Made by a program: the position numbers and the translations under genes
In this document: positions 24,734 through 36,184 of the stretch, in pieces
Layout of the letters: each line of letters starts with the position of its first letter
Numbering within the stretch: the first letter of the stretch is position 1
Notes under the pieces: generated by a model
What the model was told of the DNA's origin: nothing
Databases searched by the model: none
The model's input: only the letters and a program-made list of their open reading frames with translations
DNA from: Trichosphaerium sp. ATCC 40318
Lineage: Eukaryota > Protista > Tubulinea
Length of the DNA stretch: 64,000 nt
Assembly: GCA_038496445.1 (NCBI GenBank)
Contig: JALMLS010000441.1
Span: 1 to 64,000 of the forward strand
Direction: 5' to 3'

Positions 24734-27700
24734 ATGAAGGAGCCAGCGCTGTCGTACGAAAAGTGTTAAAAAGTAGGATTCTAACAATAAAAGTTTGGCT
24801 GGACGGTATGAACCGGCTGCCTTGGCCAATATCTCGTGGGAAACGCGTGCTATACATGGCGAGTCACCAGTTAAAGTATGATTTTGTTTAAAATTGACAA
24901 TTTAATCTACAAACCGTCTGAGTGCCATAAATTGATAAAAACCAGGCGTGTGACCGACTTACAAAAAACTTTATCACAATTAAACCGTTTGTTCTTACTT
25001 TACGTATTTAGTGGGGCTCTGGTGCTGTAGAGTACAAGGGAAAACTCTACGTATTCTCTGGGACAAAACGGCAGACAACAGACCTAGAACCGTTCCTTTT
25101 TGACTTGAAAACGTCAAAATGGTCTAGCGTGAGGGTTAAGAGCTCTAGAAGGGCTGCTAAAAGAGATTGCGTACCTTGCCACAGATGGGGCATGTCAATC
25201 GCGCTCTTACAAGGGAAGTATGCAGTAGGGTACGTGAAGAAATAATATACGTGCACAGCTGATTTCTTTTTTTTTTTTTTTGAAGACATGGAGGGTTCAA
25301 CAGCAAGTGCAATTTCTGCGATTTATTCGCGTTTGATCTGTCCTCTCACACGTGGTTACCTATTCTCATTGATAGCGCATTACCTTGTCTTCATTTTAGA
25401 GCGTTCCATAGCGCTGTGTCATATAATGATAAGGTAACAATGAGACAACAATTTATGTTTTGAATTAATTAAAAGAACTTATAATTTATTTATTATAGAT
25501 GTACGCTTTTGGAGGCATGTTCTGTAATGGTGGTCCTTACGATTACTACAACGATTTGGTAGAATTCTCATTAGAAATTACAAATGATGGAAGTGCATGT
25601 ATTACATGGAGAGTGGTAGAGACTAATGGAACTCCACCTGCACCTCGGTAAACCTTTTTTTTTTTATAATTTAGGCTTTCGCTTTGTTTTCGATTTGTTC
25701 CCTTTACTCTAACTCTCAAACCCTATTTAGTTCACAACATTCTTCTGTTGTCGTGGGGGATAAACTATACATCATTGGTGGTTATGACGGATATCATATA
25801 TTCAATGGTGAGTAGGGTTTCTTGAATCTTTTTTTTGTATGAACGTGCAATTTTAAATGATTATGCTTAGATGTGTGGTGTTTGGATTTAAAGTCATTGT
25901 TGTGGAGGAATATATCAAAAACCAGTATATTAAGACGACAAGATCTTATACCAAAAAACTTTAGGTGAGTGTCTGTGAGAGCTTGTCACAAAAATATAAT
26001 TTTTGATGTTGACATTCTTTTCTTTATTAGGATAAGCAATTGCTTCAGGCCTTTCTGTTTGGCTGCTAGCACTTTGTTTATGATAAACTTAGAAGCAAAT
26101 CTTTGTAGTTACCATATTCCATCTAATACATGGAGAACATACTCATTACCAGTCGACGATCCTATGCAGTACGTCTATTGACTTCAAAAGAAAATCGCAT
26201 CACAACAAATCATGACAACAAATTCTTATTATTTTCTTAAAGGTGCATACTGGCTATAGTTGATGATACATTACATGTTAATAGTCACAATACACATTAT
26301 ACACTCCAACTTAAAAATATATCGTTTATCAAAACCGATAATAGCCCAGAAACACCAAGTACGTCGTTTTTGTTTCAAAAAAAACCAAAAAAAAAAAAAA
26401 ACTTAAACAATGTGGGTTCGTGTTCATGTAATTGTATTAGGAGGTAGCCCATCGATGGGACCTAGAATTATGGTAAAATGTAGTCTAAGAAGTGGTAAAA
26501 AGGAAACACGTGCGATAATGTTCGAGTATAAGAATGATCTTGCTAGCCTTCAAGAAGCGCTTGCATTAAAGTTTGGTAAACCTTTGCATTCTTTCAATTA
26601 TAAACATGACGATGATTGGATAAACCTGGATGATGATAATGGTAAGTGCGCAACGTACTAACACGATATTCTAACACATGATATTATTTTATAGACCTAG
26701 CATTGGCCATAGACGTATGCGGAAAGAGCTTAACAGTTAGTGCTCTGCCAACGCAACAAAACAATAAACCGAAACAACAAAACCAAGGCCGTATCAATGT
26801 AAAGAGTATATATACAGAGCTTGATGATAAGTGCAAGATCCCTTGCAAAGAGATAGAACTTGGAGAATGTATAGGCTCAGTAAGTTTAATTTACTTTTTT
26901 TTTTTGAAATTTTTTTGTTTTTTTTTGAAGGTGTGGTTGTTAATTGGTTTGTTTTTCTTGTCTTTAGGGATTTTTTGGTAAAGTCTATAGATCAAACTGG
27001 AGGGGTCTTCGAGTTGCTTGTAAATCTATTGATAGACTTGAGCACAAGAGCAAGAGTTCAGAAGAGATGTTTGCTGCTGAAATACGCAATATTTGTAAAT
27101 TGCGTCATCCTAATATTGTTCTCTTTATTGGCGCCAGCATGGATACTGATACAAAGTACATACTATTTGAGGTAAGAAAATAGGGTAGAGGCAATGCCTT
27201 CAAAAAGGAAACAAAAAAGTTGATTATCAACACGTGACTTTGACATTTTTTGTTTCATGAAATCCAACTTTTTTTTCCCCTTTCCACATAAATATCTTTC
27301 GTTTTATTTCGCAGTTTTTCAACGAACGAGCTTTGATTTTTTGATTTTTGATTTTGTTGCCTAGTTCTGTGAGGGAGGATCTTTACGAGAATATTTACGT
27401 TCTATTGATACACCACCTTCTCAAGAGAAGATAGCTGGATACGCTTTTGATATTGCTCTGGCACTAAACTATTTGCATCACTGTAAAGTTTTACATCGCG
27501 ACTTAAATTCAGGGAATGTATTGGTACATCCTTTCTCCTTTTTATACATCCTGTAAATCTCTTGTGCTAAGTATATTGTTATAGTTGACTAGATTTTGCG
27601 CCAAGGTCGCCGATTTCGGATTGAGTAAAGTCCTTGGTACGTTTAAAAACAAAACTCAGTTTTTTTTTCAACTTTTTTTTTATTACTTCTAAAACTGTTT

Positions 27701-28305
27701 GTACTAGATCCTGATCAACGATATGCACAAAGTGGAGTATCTGGAGCAATGGGTACGTTGGAAAAGATTTATTATTCATTAGAAAGGAGGTGTAACTGAG
27801 ACTTTTGCTTTTTTTTAGCGTACATGGCGCCAGAGGTCATTAAAAAGGATTCCTATGGAGTCAAGGCTGATGTTTACTCTTATGGATTGTTGGTCCAAGA
27901 GATGCATACATTGCAAACACCTTGGTTTGGCATGACTATTCATCAGCTTGTTATGGCTTTGGAGAGAAAGGAGAGGCCAAAAGTATCAACGTATGCGACA
28001 AATGTTGTTGCAAAGTTGATTACAGACTGCTGGGCTGAGGACCCTAAGGATAGACCTTCTTTTAAGAGTGTTGTTGATACACTTAAACCTTTTGTTACTA
28101 TTCCTAATGGCGCACATAACCAAGAAGGTGCACTTGAGTATGATGAAGAGATTTTAGATGGTAAGCTTTTTTTTTTTTTTTTTGCGCAGAAGTTTTTATT
28201 AAATCTCTTTGCTTGCTTGCTAGTAACTTATGTTTTTTGCTCCTAGAAATGGATACAAGTATTGGTGGGTATATTAAAAAATCTGAATTTGAAGACTTGA
28301 GTTAA
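24734..28305 (+). CDS. Kelch-repeat + PB1 + tyrosine-kinase-like (TKL) protein kinase
   Basis: Kelch blades: KLYVFSG, HSAVSYNDKMYAFGG, PAPRSQHSSVVVGDKLYIIGGYDG, DVWCLDL. PB1: IMVKCSL..FNYKHDDDWINLDDDNDLALAI. Kinase: IGSGFFGKVY, VACK, LRHPNIVLFIGA, HRDLNSGN, DFGLSK, YMAPEV, DVYSYG, CWAEDPKDRPSF. Confidence 0.88.
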
Positions 28306-29601
28306 TGCCACGTGATAAAATAATCCATTTGTAAAAGTAGTGTATGAACCAAAAAAAAAAAGTTGTATTTGAACCAGAATCTTGTTTTCGTTCACGGTTG
28401 TGATTTGTCAGTTTATATTTGAAACAATTCACCAGACTAAAATTCTACTCCGTGTAAGTCTTGGGACGTATAGGTTCGGAATGAGACGATTCCGGGATTC
28501 TAGAAATGGTCTGACTTTTTGACAATATCAGCCAATCGTGGACCGGAAAAAATATTCCTGAACCGTATGCGTCTCCTCGGATATTTATCGGTGCCTAATG
28601 AAAACTTTAGTACTAATACCAGTAATAAATTATCGCTGTCTAAGGTGTTTTTAACCGAAGAAAAGATGTGCATTTATAGCGTGCAACAAGAAACGAGATT
28701 GGATCTGTGGATTTTTTTTTTCTTTCGAAGGTCATGGAAATTCGTCGTGGAGGGGAACGCTGAAAACGCCGAATAGGTCTCGGAAAACAACACGCAAACG
28801 TATGTAAATGCGATACAGATAAATAAAGGCAGTTTTGGTTAAAAAAAAACGGTTGGATTTTTGATACTATTTCTATTTATATTCAATACGCGTGGACGCA
28901 ATAAAATACAGTGACGGCTCTTTTAAGAGCGTATTAGGTTCAACGAGTAATTATTTGTACACTTTCAACAACGAAAAGGCGCCCCAAAGCACAGAAACAA
29001 CAAACCAATAATCGTGTTGGAGGTTTTTTTTTCAAACCGACAACCTCAGCACACAACGGGTATGTAGATAGCTACGATAGTTACAACGGTGTTCTAGGTG
29101 CCTTGAAAACTGAATATTTTCGCTATAGACCTCCAGTCTTACAACCGTGTAGCCTAATATAGCATAAAAGAAGAAAGCACTTTGAGGCACCAATCCAAAA
29201 AAACTAAAATTCTGCCAAAAAAGGCAGGTACAAAGAATTTTTGTGTGGTGTGCCCTAGAAGTCGCTTCTCTTATCCCTGTTGTCAGGTCTTCTATCACGT
29301 AACCCCTATGAAAAATGCGTTAAAAACATAGCATAGGCAGTGTTAATCGATCTGCAGCTTGAAAGATGTGATGATGTAACTACATCATGCATTGTCGAAT
29401 ACTTCTATTCTGTACACCACAGCTGCTTACTGCAGTATGGTGAACAAATGGTTCAAATTTGACGTTGCAGGACCACCAACCTGCAGAGACTACATTCAAT
29501 GCATTTAGCCTCCTTGGGAACAAGACATGTCTTAAGTACCTTGGTGGGGATGAGCACACTGTACTCTACACACTTTACCACAACCAAATATTTGGTTGTG
29601 T

Positions 29602-30316
29602 TGTAACTGTTCTCTTCTATCATTATAACACCCATAGCAGGTGTAGAAATGTTAATCGAGTTCTGGGTTACAGACATAGTACCCTAACAGGTGCATGCCA
29701 TCAGTTGCCTCAACATCTTTTGTGATGTAGGGGTGCTACAACTTTTACCCACAAGGAACGGCACTTGTCCAAGTACTTATGGAGGAAAGACACCAATGTG
29801 TCAAGAGTGATGCCCTTAGTAGGCAACATTTGAAAGCACCAATGCTCTTGTTCTCTTCTAGCATTATAACACACATCCCAAAAAAGGAAAAGTGTAGAAA
29901 TGCTAATCGAGTTCTGAGCAATGTTACACCAATGTGCAAGTCACATGGTTAACATTACACAAGGTATGTGTTAAAGTCCTTAATGGGCTACAACAAACCA
30001 TATGAACATATAACTGACCTTTGTTCTCTTCTAACATTATAACACCCATAGCAGGTGTAGAAATGTTAATCGAGTTCTGGAGCTAATACACAGTGTGCGC
30101 TAACTTGGATCACTTCTTCTAGCATTATAACACTTCTTCAAGGAGGTGTAGAAATGCTAATCGGGTGCTAAGCCAGGTATGCATTTACACAAGGTATGTA
30201 TTGAAGTCCTCAGTGGGCAACAACTAAACTACCTGTGTATGAAAGTTATTATCTCTTCTAGTATTATAACACTTCCCATCAAGGAGGTGTAGAAATACTA
30301 ATCGAGATATTGTAAC
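29602..30316 (+). repeat. Five dispersed copies of a ~65-80-nt stem-loop module (TTCTAGCATTATAACAC-loop-GTGTAGAAATGCTAATCG)
   Basis: Copies at ~29602-29672, 29843-29920, 30018-30081, 30104-30172 and 30245-30316. Arms are conserved; loops and spacers differ. Confidence 0.9.
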
Positions 30317-30918
30317 ACATCATTACAGTCCTTAGCATGTACAAATGTAACATGCCTGGGTGGATGAAAGGAATCAATGATTCCAACTAAGTAATTCAAG
30401 AAACTGTATGACACGTCTAGGGAACACCTAAAGGAAAGACAAGTTCTAGTACTTGGGTGGGTAACAGATGTGATGCATTGACTCAATTGACGGAAAGGCA
30501 CTCAAGCCAAGTACATCAACATGAGCATGCAAGTGTTACAGCTTCAACCTCGACAAGGAAAGGGACCAGCCGAGTACTTGAGAGGAAAGGTAATTCATAC
30601 GCTGTGTAACACATCTAGGTAACACCTAAAGGAAAGACGAGTTCTAGTACTTGGGTAATAGATGTGGCTGGTCTGAATGGCAATGGCAGATTAAAGGAAA
30701 AGGCAGTCAACCCAAGTACGTTTAGGTAGTGGTACACCTTCTAACTCATCTAGCAAAACAAGACGGAAATGGTTGGGCATTACAAAAGGTATGTAGTGAA
30801 GCCCTTATGGATGTATGACTAACCTTTATTTTATACCATAGTAGCGCACTAAAGGATGGGAGGATCACACTTGGACAAAGGTACAGCCCGTACTGCTTAC
30901 TGGCGTTTAGGTCAAATA

Positions 30919-31390
30919 CAAGATGTAGGGGTTCAATGAGGAGGTACAAGTTCATTTGCTAACTAGCTGCGCTATACACACTAATGATGAAGGTGTGTAT
31001 AGCCAATTGATCCAGGGAATGCAGTTTTAGGTACTAGCACGCAAGATGTCGGTGTTCAATGAGGAGGTGCAAGTTCATTTGCTAACTAACTGCGCTATAC
31101 ACACTATTGATGAAGGTGTGTATAGCTAATTGATCCAGGGATATGCAGTTTTAGGTACTAGCACACAAGATGTCGGAGTTAGTTCATTTGCTAACTTAGC
31201 TGCGCTATACACACTATTGATGAAGGTGTGTATAGCTAATTGATCCAGGGATATGCAGTTTTAGGTACTAGCACACAAGATGTAGGGGTTCAATGAGGAG
31301 GTGCAAGTTCATTTGCTAACTAACTGCGCTATACACACTAATGATGAAGGTGTGTATAGCCAATTGATCCAGGGTTATGCAGTTTTAGGT
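30919..31390 (+). repeat. Tandem repeat, 4 x ~123 bp, each copy containing a perfect 11-bp hairpin
   Basis: Units start at caagatgt (30919, 31042, 31166, 31276; unit 3 has a ~15-nt deletion). Each contains GCTATACACAC-tawtgatgaag-GTGTGTATAGC. Confidence 0.93.
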
Positions 31391-32854
31391 GCTCATCTTG
31401 TGAGCAGATGTAGATGTCAGGTGGTTCTATTATTGGCATTAACTATAAACATGAGGGTAAGTTGTGGTGTAATTGATGGTAACTTCTGTGCAGGTTGGCT
31501 AAGAGATGTTGGCAAAGGGATACAGATTTGGGTGCAAGTGGTGGCTTAGCATAAGTACGTGTTTATTGGATGTTTAAAAGTGTATTTACTAACTGTTCTA
31601 CCTTCGCAACTTGGCTTACAATAGGTAGGTACAAGGTGGGGTATAGATTCATAGGATGGTGCGTTAGGCAGGATTCACAGGATGGATGGCTATTGGGATT
31701 GTTACACCTACTGCTCATTATACGACTGTGGTGGTATCTGGACTGTAGTCTGTTCTTCATCCTCTTAGCACATGCCAGCTGGGTCAGTTTTCACTGGTTG
31801 ACCGAGTTTAACACGTGTTGAGATGACAAAGGAACAGATTACAGGGCAGTAGGTGTAACTCACAATAGGGTAGGTACAATGGGATGTGGATGCACAGGAT
31901 GGGTGCAGTAGATGTAATCATTAGGTAGGTTTCACAGGTTGGCTTTGGGCGATAAGGGACGATGGCTTGCAGAACGGTACATATGTAGTGTCCTTTAATA
32001 ACTTACTTTCTATTCTATATGTAGGGTTTCGCTGGTTCACACAAGGGGGTTGTTGTAATTAATAAAATCCTTTTTCTTCTTTTAATTAACATTTCACAAG
32101 TTTTCCTTTTTTTTTCTTTTCTTTCATTAGCATGCTTACCGCAGGGACAGGCAATGTAAAGCAACTTTAAGGGCGGCATAACTAAATCAAACAAAAAACC
32201 TAAAAGTTGCTTCTTGCTATTGCATTCTGAGACTAAATACATCTATGGGCCAGTTTCAAGGCCAATCCTTGTATACTTTTTTTTTACATCTCCTAGATGA
32301 CTTTATGCATCAAAAAAGTAGAGCACCACTTCGCTATCACGTGATATTAAAACAGTTTCTAGATTTAACATAGTTACATGCTACTAGTGTCTGGGAATGA
32401 AGAAGTGAATTTGGTGCCAGGAGGTTGCTTGCTAATCGGCATTGCCTATTGCTGAATTAACCAAACAAACTAGTATCTTCAGCCTATTGAAGTTGTATTG
32501 CTCCACATTTCTATGTTCAGTACATTGATAAACTGCTTGAAGTTTATGATTATATTTCACATTTAGTTCACCTTTTTGTGTACTTTATTACCAACACTTC
32601 AACTCTTGAACACTATTTCCGGAATTGTTGAAGTGAGATTTGATAACTACTGCTTTGATTGTCATGTTCAAAATAGTTTTTGAAGTGTAAGATGGTTACA
32701 AGGTGACACAAAGATTTCTTTTAACCAGTAATAGCAAAATCAAATTTCGTGCTTTTCTCGAAACTCTCAAGAAAGCGATGCTGCCCAAATGTTTTTGATT
32801 TTCCTGGTATTGATAAGGACAATTTCTTTCCCTCAAGTCCAAAAAGGATAAACA

Positions 32855-33035
32855 ATTGTCAAGTCAAGTTAACGCTTCAGTTTTTTTTTTTCTTTTCTCA
32901 AAATGGAAACCCACAACAGACTTATTGTTCCATTTTTTTTCAAAATTGTAGTACGGTCTCATTGCACATGTATTTTTTTTGTTGAGTAAGGAACAGTTAC
33001 AGATTTATGTCGTTAACTTGACATGACTTGACAAT
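32855..33035. repeat. Imperfect inverted repeat, possible MITE remnant
   Basis: attgtcaagtcaagttaacg (32855-32874) versus cgttaacttgac-atgac-ttgacaat (33011-33035). Confidence 0.4.
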
Positions 33036-33302
33036 AGTACTTCTAACAAAACATGAGGTTTGGAAATGGATTGTTAAATAAGTAATAATCTGGGTCACAA
33101 CTCCAAAGTTGAAAGTCAGTTTTCTAAGAGCTTTTGTGTTGATAACAACCCTGACTTTGGAGGTTACAAAAAGCATTTAACCTAAATTCGGTCGTTGGCA
33201 TTCCAAGCTAATTTGGCACAGCGCATTCACTTAACGGAAGTGCAATTTGTGGCAATTAAACGTAGCTTATAGACAATACTGTCCACATAGAGTACACCAA
33301 GC

Positions 33303-33638
33303 ATGCTAATATACATAAAACAGCCAACACAAACCGGGTTTGTAACTTTGGAGGTAGAGCATACGACGACCTTAGATATGCTAAAAGATATGATTTTAAA
33401 CAAAACTGGTGCGTATTAAACGATAATTAGGCACATTACGCCTCTAACGCTTTAAATAGGTATTGAAAAGGACATTCAGCGCTTGATAATGGCTGGGAAG
33501 GTCTTAGGAAACGACTCTTCGACTCTACGGGATTATAACATAAACGGAGAACAAGTCCTTCATTTACTAACTTCAGATGAACTTAACAAATCGGTACATA
33601 AAATACCTGTCTATGATCCTGCAGCTGTGCGTAACTAA
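33303..33638 (+). CDS. Single ubiquitin-like domain protein without a C-terminal GG
   Basis: MLIYIKQPTQTGFVTLEVEHTTTLDMLKDMILNKTG / IEKDIQRLIMAGKVLGNDSSTLRDYNINGEQVLHLLTSDELNK..RN*. One intron at ~33409-33459. Absent from the ORF track. Confidence 0.85.
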
Positions 33639-34180
33639 GAGCTGTGTGTGTAAATCGAACGCTCGTTTAATTTACTGTAAAGACAACTACTTGTGACACA
33701 ACGTTCATGAACGCCAATAAAATTGTAACTCCGTATTTGTTTTTATATCGTTTGTACACTTGCAAGCGGTTGTAGGTTTCTAGAGGCAAACTGCATGTTG
33801 TAATACTGTAGGCTCAAGATGTTCTTACACCTTAGAGTATTTTTAAGTTGTAAGTATTAAGCTTGTAGTGGCCCGGCTATCATTGCTTGAAAGCCCATTC
33901 ACCTCCTTGAGTATCCATGTAAGTTGCATTGTTCTCTAATTTTATGTCAATAGTTCACGTATTCACCAAATCGAACTAAACACAATATTTATTGTTTGAA
34001 ATCGTATCTTTAGGATGACGGTTTTCAATCATATTCAACTGGTTTTTTATTTGAAATCGTGTACCTTAAGGGTGCCAGTTTCAAACATATTCAATCATTT
34101 ATCGTTTATCGTTTGATAATTTCACTTGAAAAAAACAATTAAAGTAGATTGTTTTTTTTTGTGTATTTCCTTTCTACTTT

Positions 34181-34392
34181 GGATTTGCTGAAATAACGCT
34201 ATTTTATTGTAACATAGCCGCTCCAGATTAGTATCACACGTGATTTTCTGTTGGAATGCTCAAGTGAAGAAATCCACAACGATACGCTAATGGTATAGCT
34301 ATAGAGTTGCAAAAGGCTAACTATGTTCACAAGCTGTCCCAAAAAATCAGGAGTAGCGTTAACACAAAATAGTGTTATTTCATGTCAAATCC
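34181..34392 (+). mobile_element. MITE copy A
   Basis: TIRs ggattt-gctgaaataacgctatttt / aaaatagtgttatttcatgtcaaatcc. The interior aligns with copy B (gattagta..cacgtga..ctaatggtatagct..agagttgca..gttcacaa..aaaaatcagg). Confidence 0.75.
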
Positions 34393-34506
34393 TCCTAGCC
34401 GAATTATCTTTCGGGGGAGAAGAAAAGGAGGGCATAGTATATAGTGAAGTTTACCATCAACCCACATGCTTTGTATCTTAGTTGCCCATCTATATATACC
34501 ACTCTT

Positions 34507-35796
34507 TCATTTCTCCATGTTTTTTATCGTCAACCCACATGTTTTGTATACAAATCGATTTTTTTTTGTTTGTACACCATCAAACCATGTGGTTTGATTC
34601 ACTAATCGTCCTGTTTCATGCCAAACCTTTTTTTCGCCATGAAGTTTACCATCAACCCACATGCTTTGTATCTTTAGTTGCCCATTTTCATACCACTCTT
34701 TCATTTCACCATGTTTTTTATCATCAACCCACATGCTTTGTATCTTTAGTTGCCCATTTGCATACCACTCTTTCATTTCACCATATTGTATATCATCAAT
34801 CCACATGCTTTGTGCACTAAGTTTTCCACTTTCATGCCACTCTTTCTTTTCGCCATGTTTTTTATCATCAACCCACATGCTTATTTCCTCGAGCTGTCCA
34901 CTTTCATACCAATCTGTTTTTTTACCATGGCATTTACCATCAACCCACATGCTTTGTGACCCGAGTTGTCCATTTTCATACCACTCTTTTTGTTCACCAT
35001 GACATTTACCATCAACCCACATGCTTTGTGACTTGAGCTGTCCATTTACATACCACTCTTTTGTTTCACCATGTTGCTTATCATCAATCCACATGCTTGT
35101 TGCCTCGAGCTGTCCACTTTCATACCAAGCGTTTTCTTTACCATGACATTTACCATCAACCCACATGCTTTGAAATTGTAGTTGTCCATTTTCATACCAC
35201 TCTTTTTGTTCACCATGTTGTTTATTATCAACCCACATGATTTGTGCCTCGAGCTGTCCACTTTCATACCAAGCTTTTTCTTTACCATGACATTTACCAT
35301 CAACCCACATGCTTTGTGACTCGAGTTGTCCATTTTCATACCACTCTTTTTGTTCACCATGTTGTTTATCATCAACCCACATGATTTGTGCCTTGAGCTG
35401 TCCACTTTCATACCAAGCGTTTTCTTTACCATGACATTTACCATCAACCCACATGCTTTGAAATTGTAGTTGTCCATTTTCATAGAACTCTTTTTGTTCA
35501 CCTTTTTTCTTTCCATTTATCATCATACATTGTAGCTTGATATTTCCATTCTCATACCAAACTTTACATGGACCTGTCCTATATTGTTTAATACATACTT
35601 TTCCACTTTTATACCACCCTATCCATTGTCCTTTTCTTTGTAGTGTTGCATCAAAATGTGTATTGATTGCTGCTCTTTTTGAGAGTGTATGGAATTTTGT
35701 GAATGCTTCAATGTTGAACGTGCAGAAATATGTTTGAATTTCACATGGAAGATCAAGTACAGTAAAAGCCAAGCTCTTTGTTGAATTTGTTTCCAT
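34507..35796 (-). CDS. Intronless F-box-like + MORN_2-repeat protein
   Basis: N-terminal VLDLPCEIQTYF (F-box-like), then ~14 repeats of 24 aa (WYENGQLxxQSMWVDGKxHGExKE). The 72-bp units form a 144-bp higher-order period. Confidence 0.9.
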   Translation of the reverse strand: METNSTKSLAFTVLDLPCEIQTYFCTFNIEAFTKFHTLSKRAAINTHFDATLQRKGQWIGWYKSGKVCIKQYRTGPCKVWYENGNIKLQCMMINGKKKGEQKEFYENGQLQFQSMWVDGKCHGKENAWYESGQLKAQIMWVDDKQHGEQKEWYENGQLESQSMWVDGKCHGKEKAWYESGQLEAQIMWVDNKQHGEQKEWYENGQLQFQSMWVDGKCHGKENAWYESGQLEATSMWIDDKQHGETKEWYVNGQLKSQSMWVDGKCHGEQKEWYENGQLGSQSMWVDGKCHGKKTDWYESGQLEEISMWVDDKKHGEKKEWHESGKLSAQSMWIDDIQYGEMKEWYANGQLKIQSMWVDDKKHGEMKEWYENGQLKIQSMWVDGKLHGEKKVWHETGRLVNQTTWFDGVQTKKNRFVYKTCGLTIKNMEK

Positions 35797-35943
35797 TTTC
35801 TTTTTTGTTGTTGAAAGTTATGTAACTTGATTTAACAGTTACACTTGAGTGTACAATATAAAGTGATAATACCTAGAAAAGAATAAGGGAATATTCGTAA
35901 ATTGAAGGTGAAACGACACGTGTATTTCAGAAAATAATCAAAA

Positions 35944-36184
35944 GGATTTTAACCTGAAATAGCGCTATTTTATTTTAACACTAAAAAGCCTACTTTGTAG
36001 GCCCACTCCCGATTAGTAGCAAGCACGTGACTTTTTGCTCGTATGCTCACATAATTTACTCCATATGGGTATACTAATGGTATAGCTCGCAGAGTTGCAC
36101 AAACGAGCTACCTACGTTCACAAACCATCTCGAAAAATCAGGCTTAGCGCTACCACAAAATAGCGCTATTTCAGGTCAAAATAT
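35944..36184 (+). mobile_element. MITE copy B (best-preserved TIRs)
   Basis: ggattttaacctgaaatagcgctatttt ... aaaatagcgctatttcaggtcaaaat; ~240 bp, no ORF. Confidence 0.8.

Larger units (their letters stand above)
29350..32070 (+). ncRNA. Candidate long structured non-coding RNA / hairpin cluster
   Basis: No credible ORF or spliceable exon chain. Several families of duplicated stem-loops show covariation, and G.U pairs favour the + strand. AATAAA at ~32062. Confidence 0.55.

Noticed and set aside
28463-28575. Imperfect inverted repeat around a CCAAT box as the promoter of the candidate ncRNA
   Set aside because: Pairing is weak and no transcript start can be inferred from sequence alone.
30971-31360. 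Box C/D snoRNA or hammerhead ribozyme suggested by TGATGA
   Set aside because: The motif lies in a hairpin loop. No appropriately placed CTGA box D and no CTGATGA..GAAA hammerhead core is present.
29602-31390. CRISPR array (GTGTAGA / TTTCTAC resembles a Cas12a repeat)
   Set aside because: Spacing is irregular (about 85-240 bp), the 123-bp units have no unique spacers, there are no cas genes, and the context is eukaryotic.
31619-31950. CsrB/RsmZ-like CAGGATG repeats
   Set aside because: Only 3-4 copies, explained by a local duplication in G-rich sequence; that system is bacterial.
34482-35516. Overlapping ORFs 34482-34820, 34661-35002, 34750-34959 and 35046-35516
   Set aside because: Antisense or alternate-frame shadows of the MORN tandem repeat.
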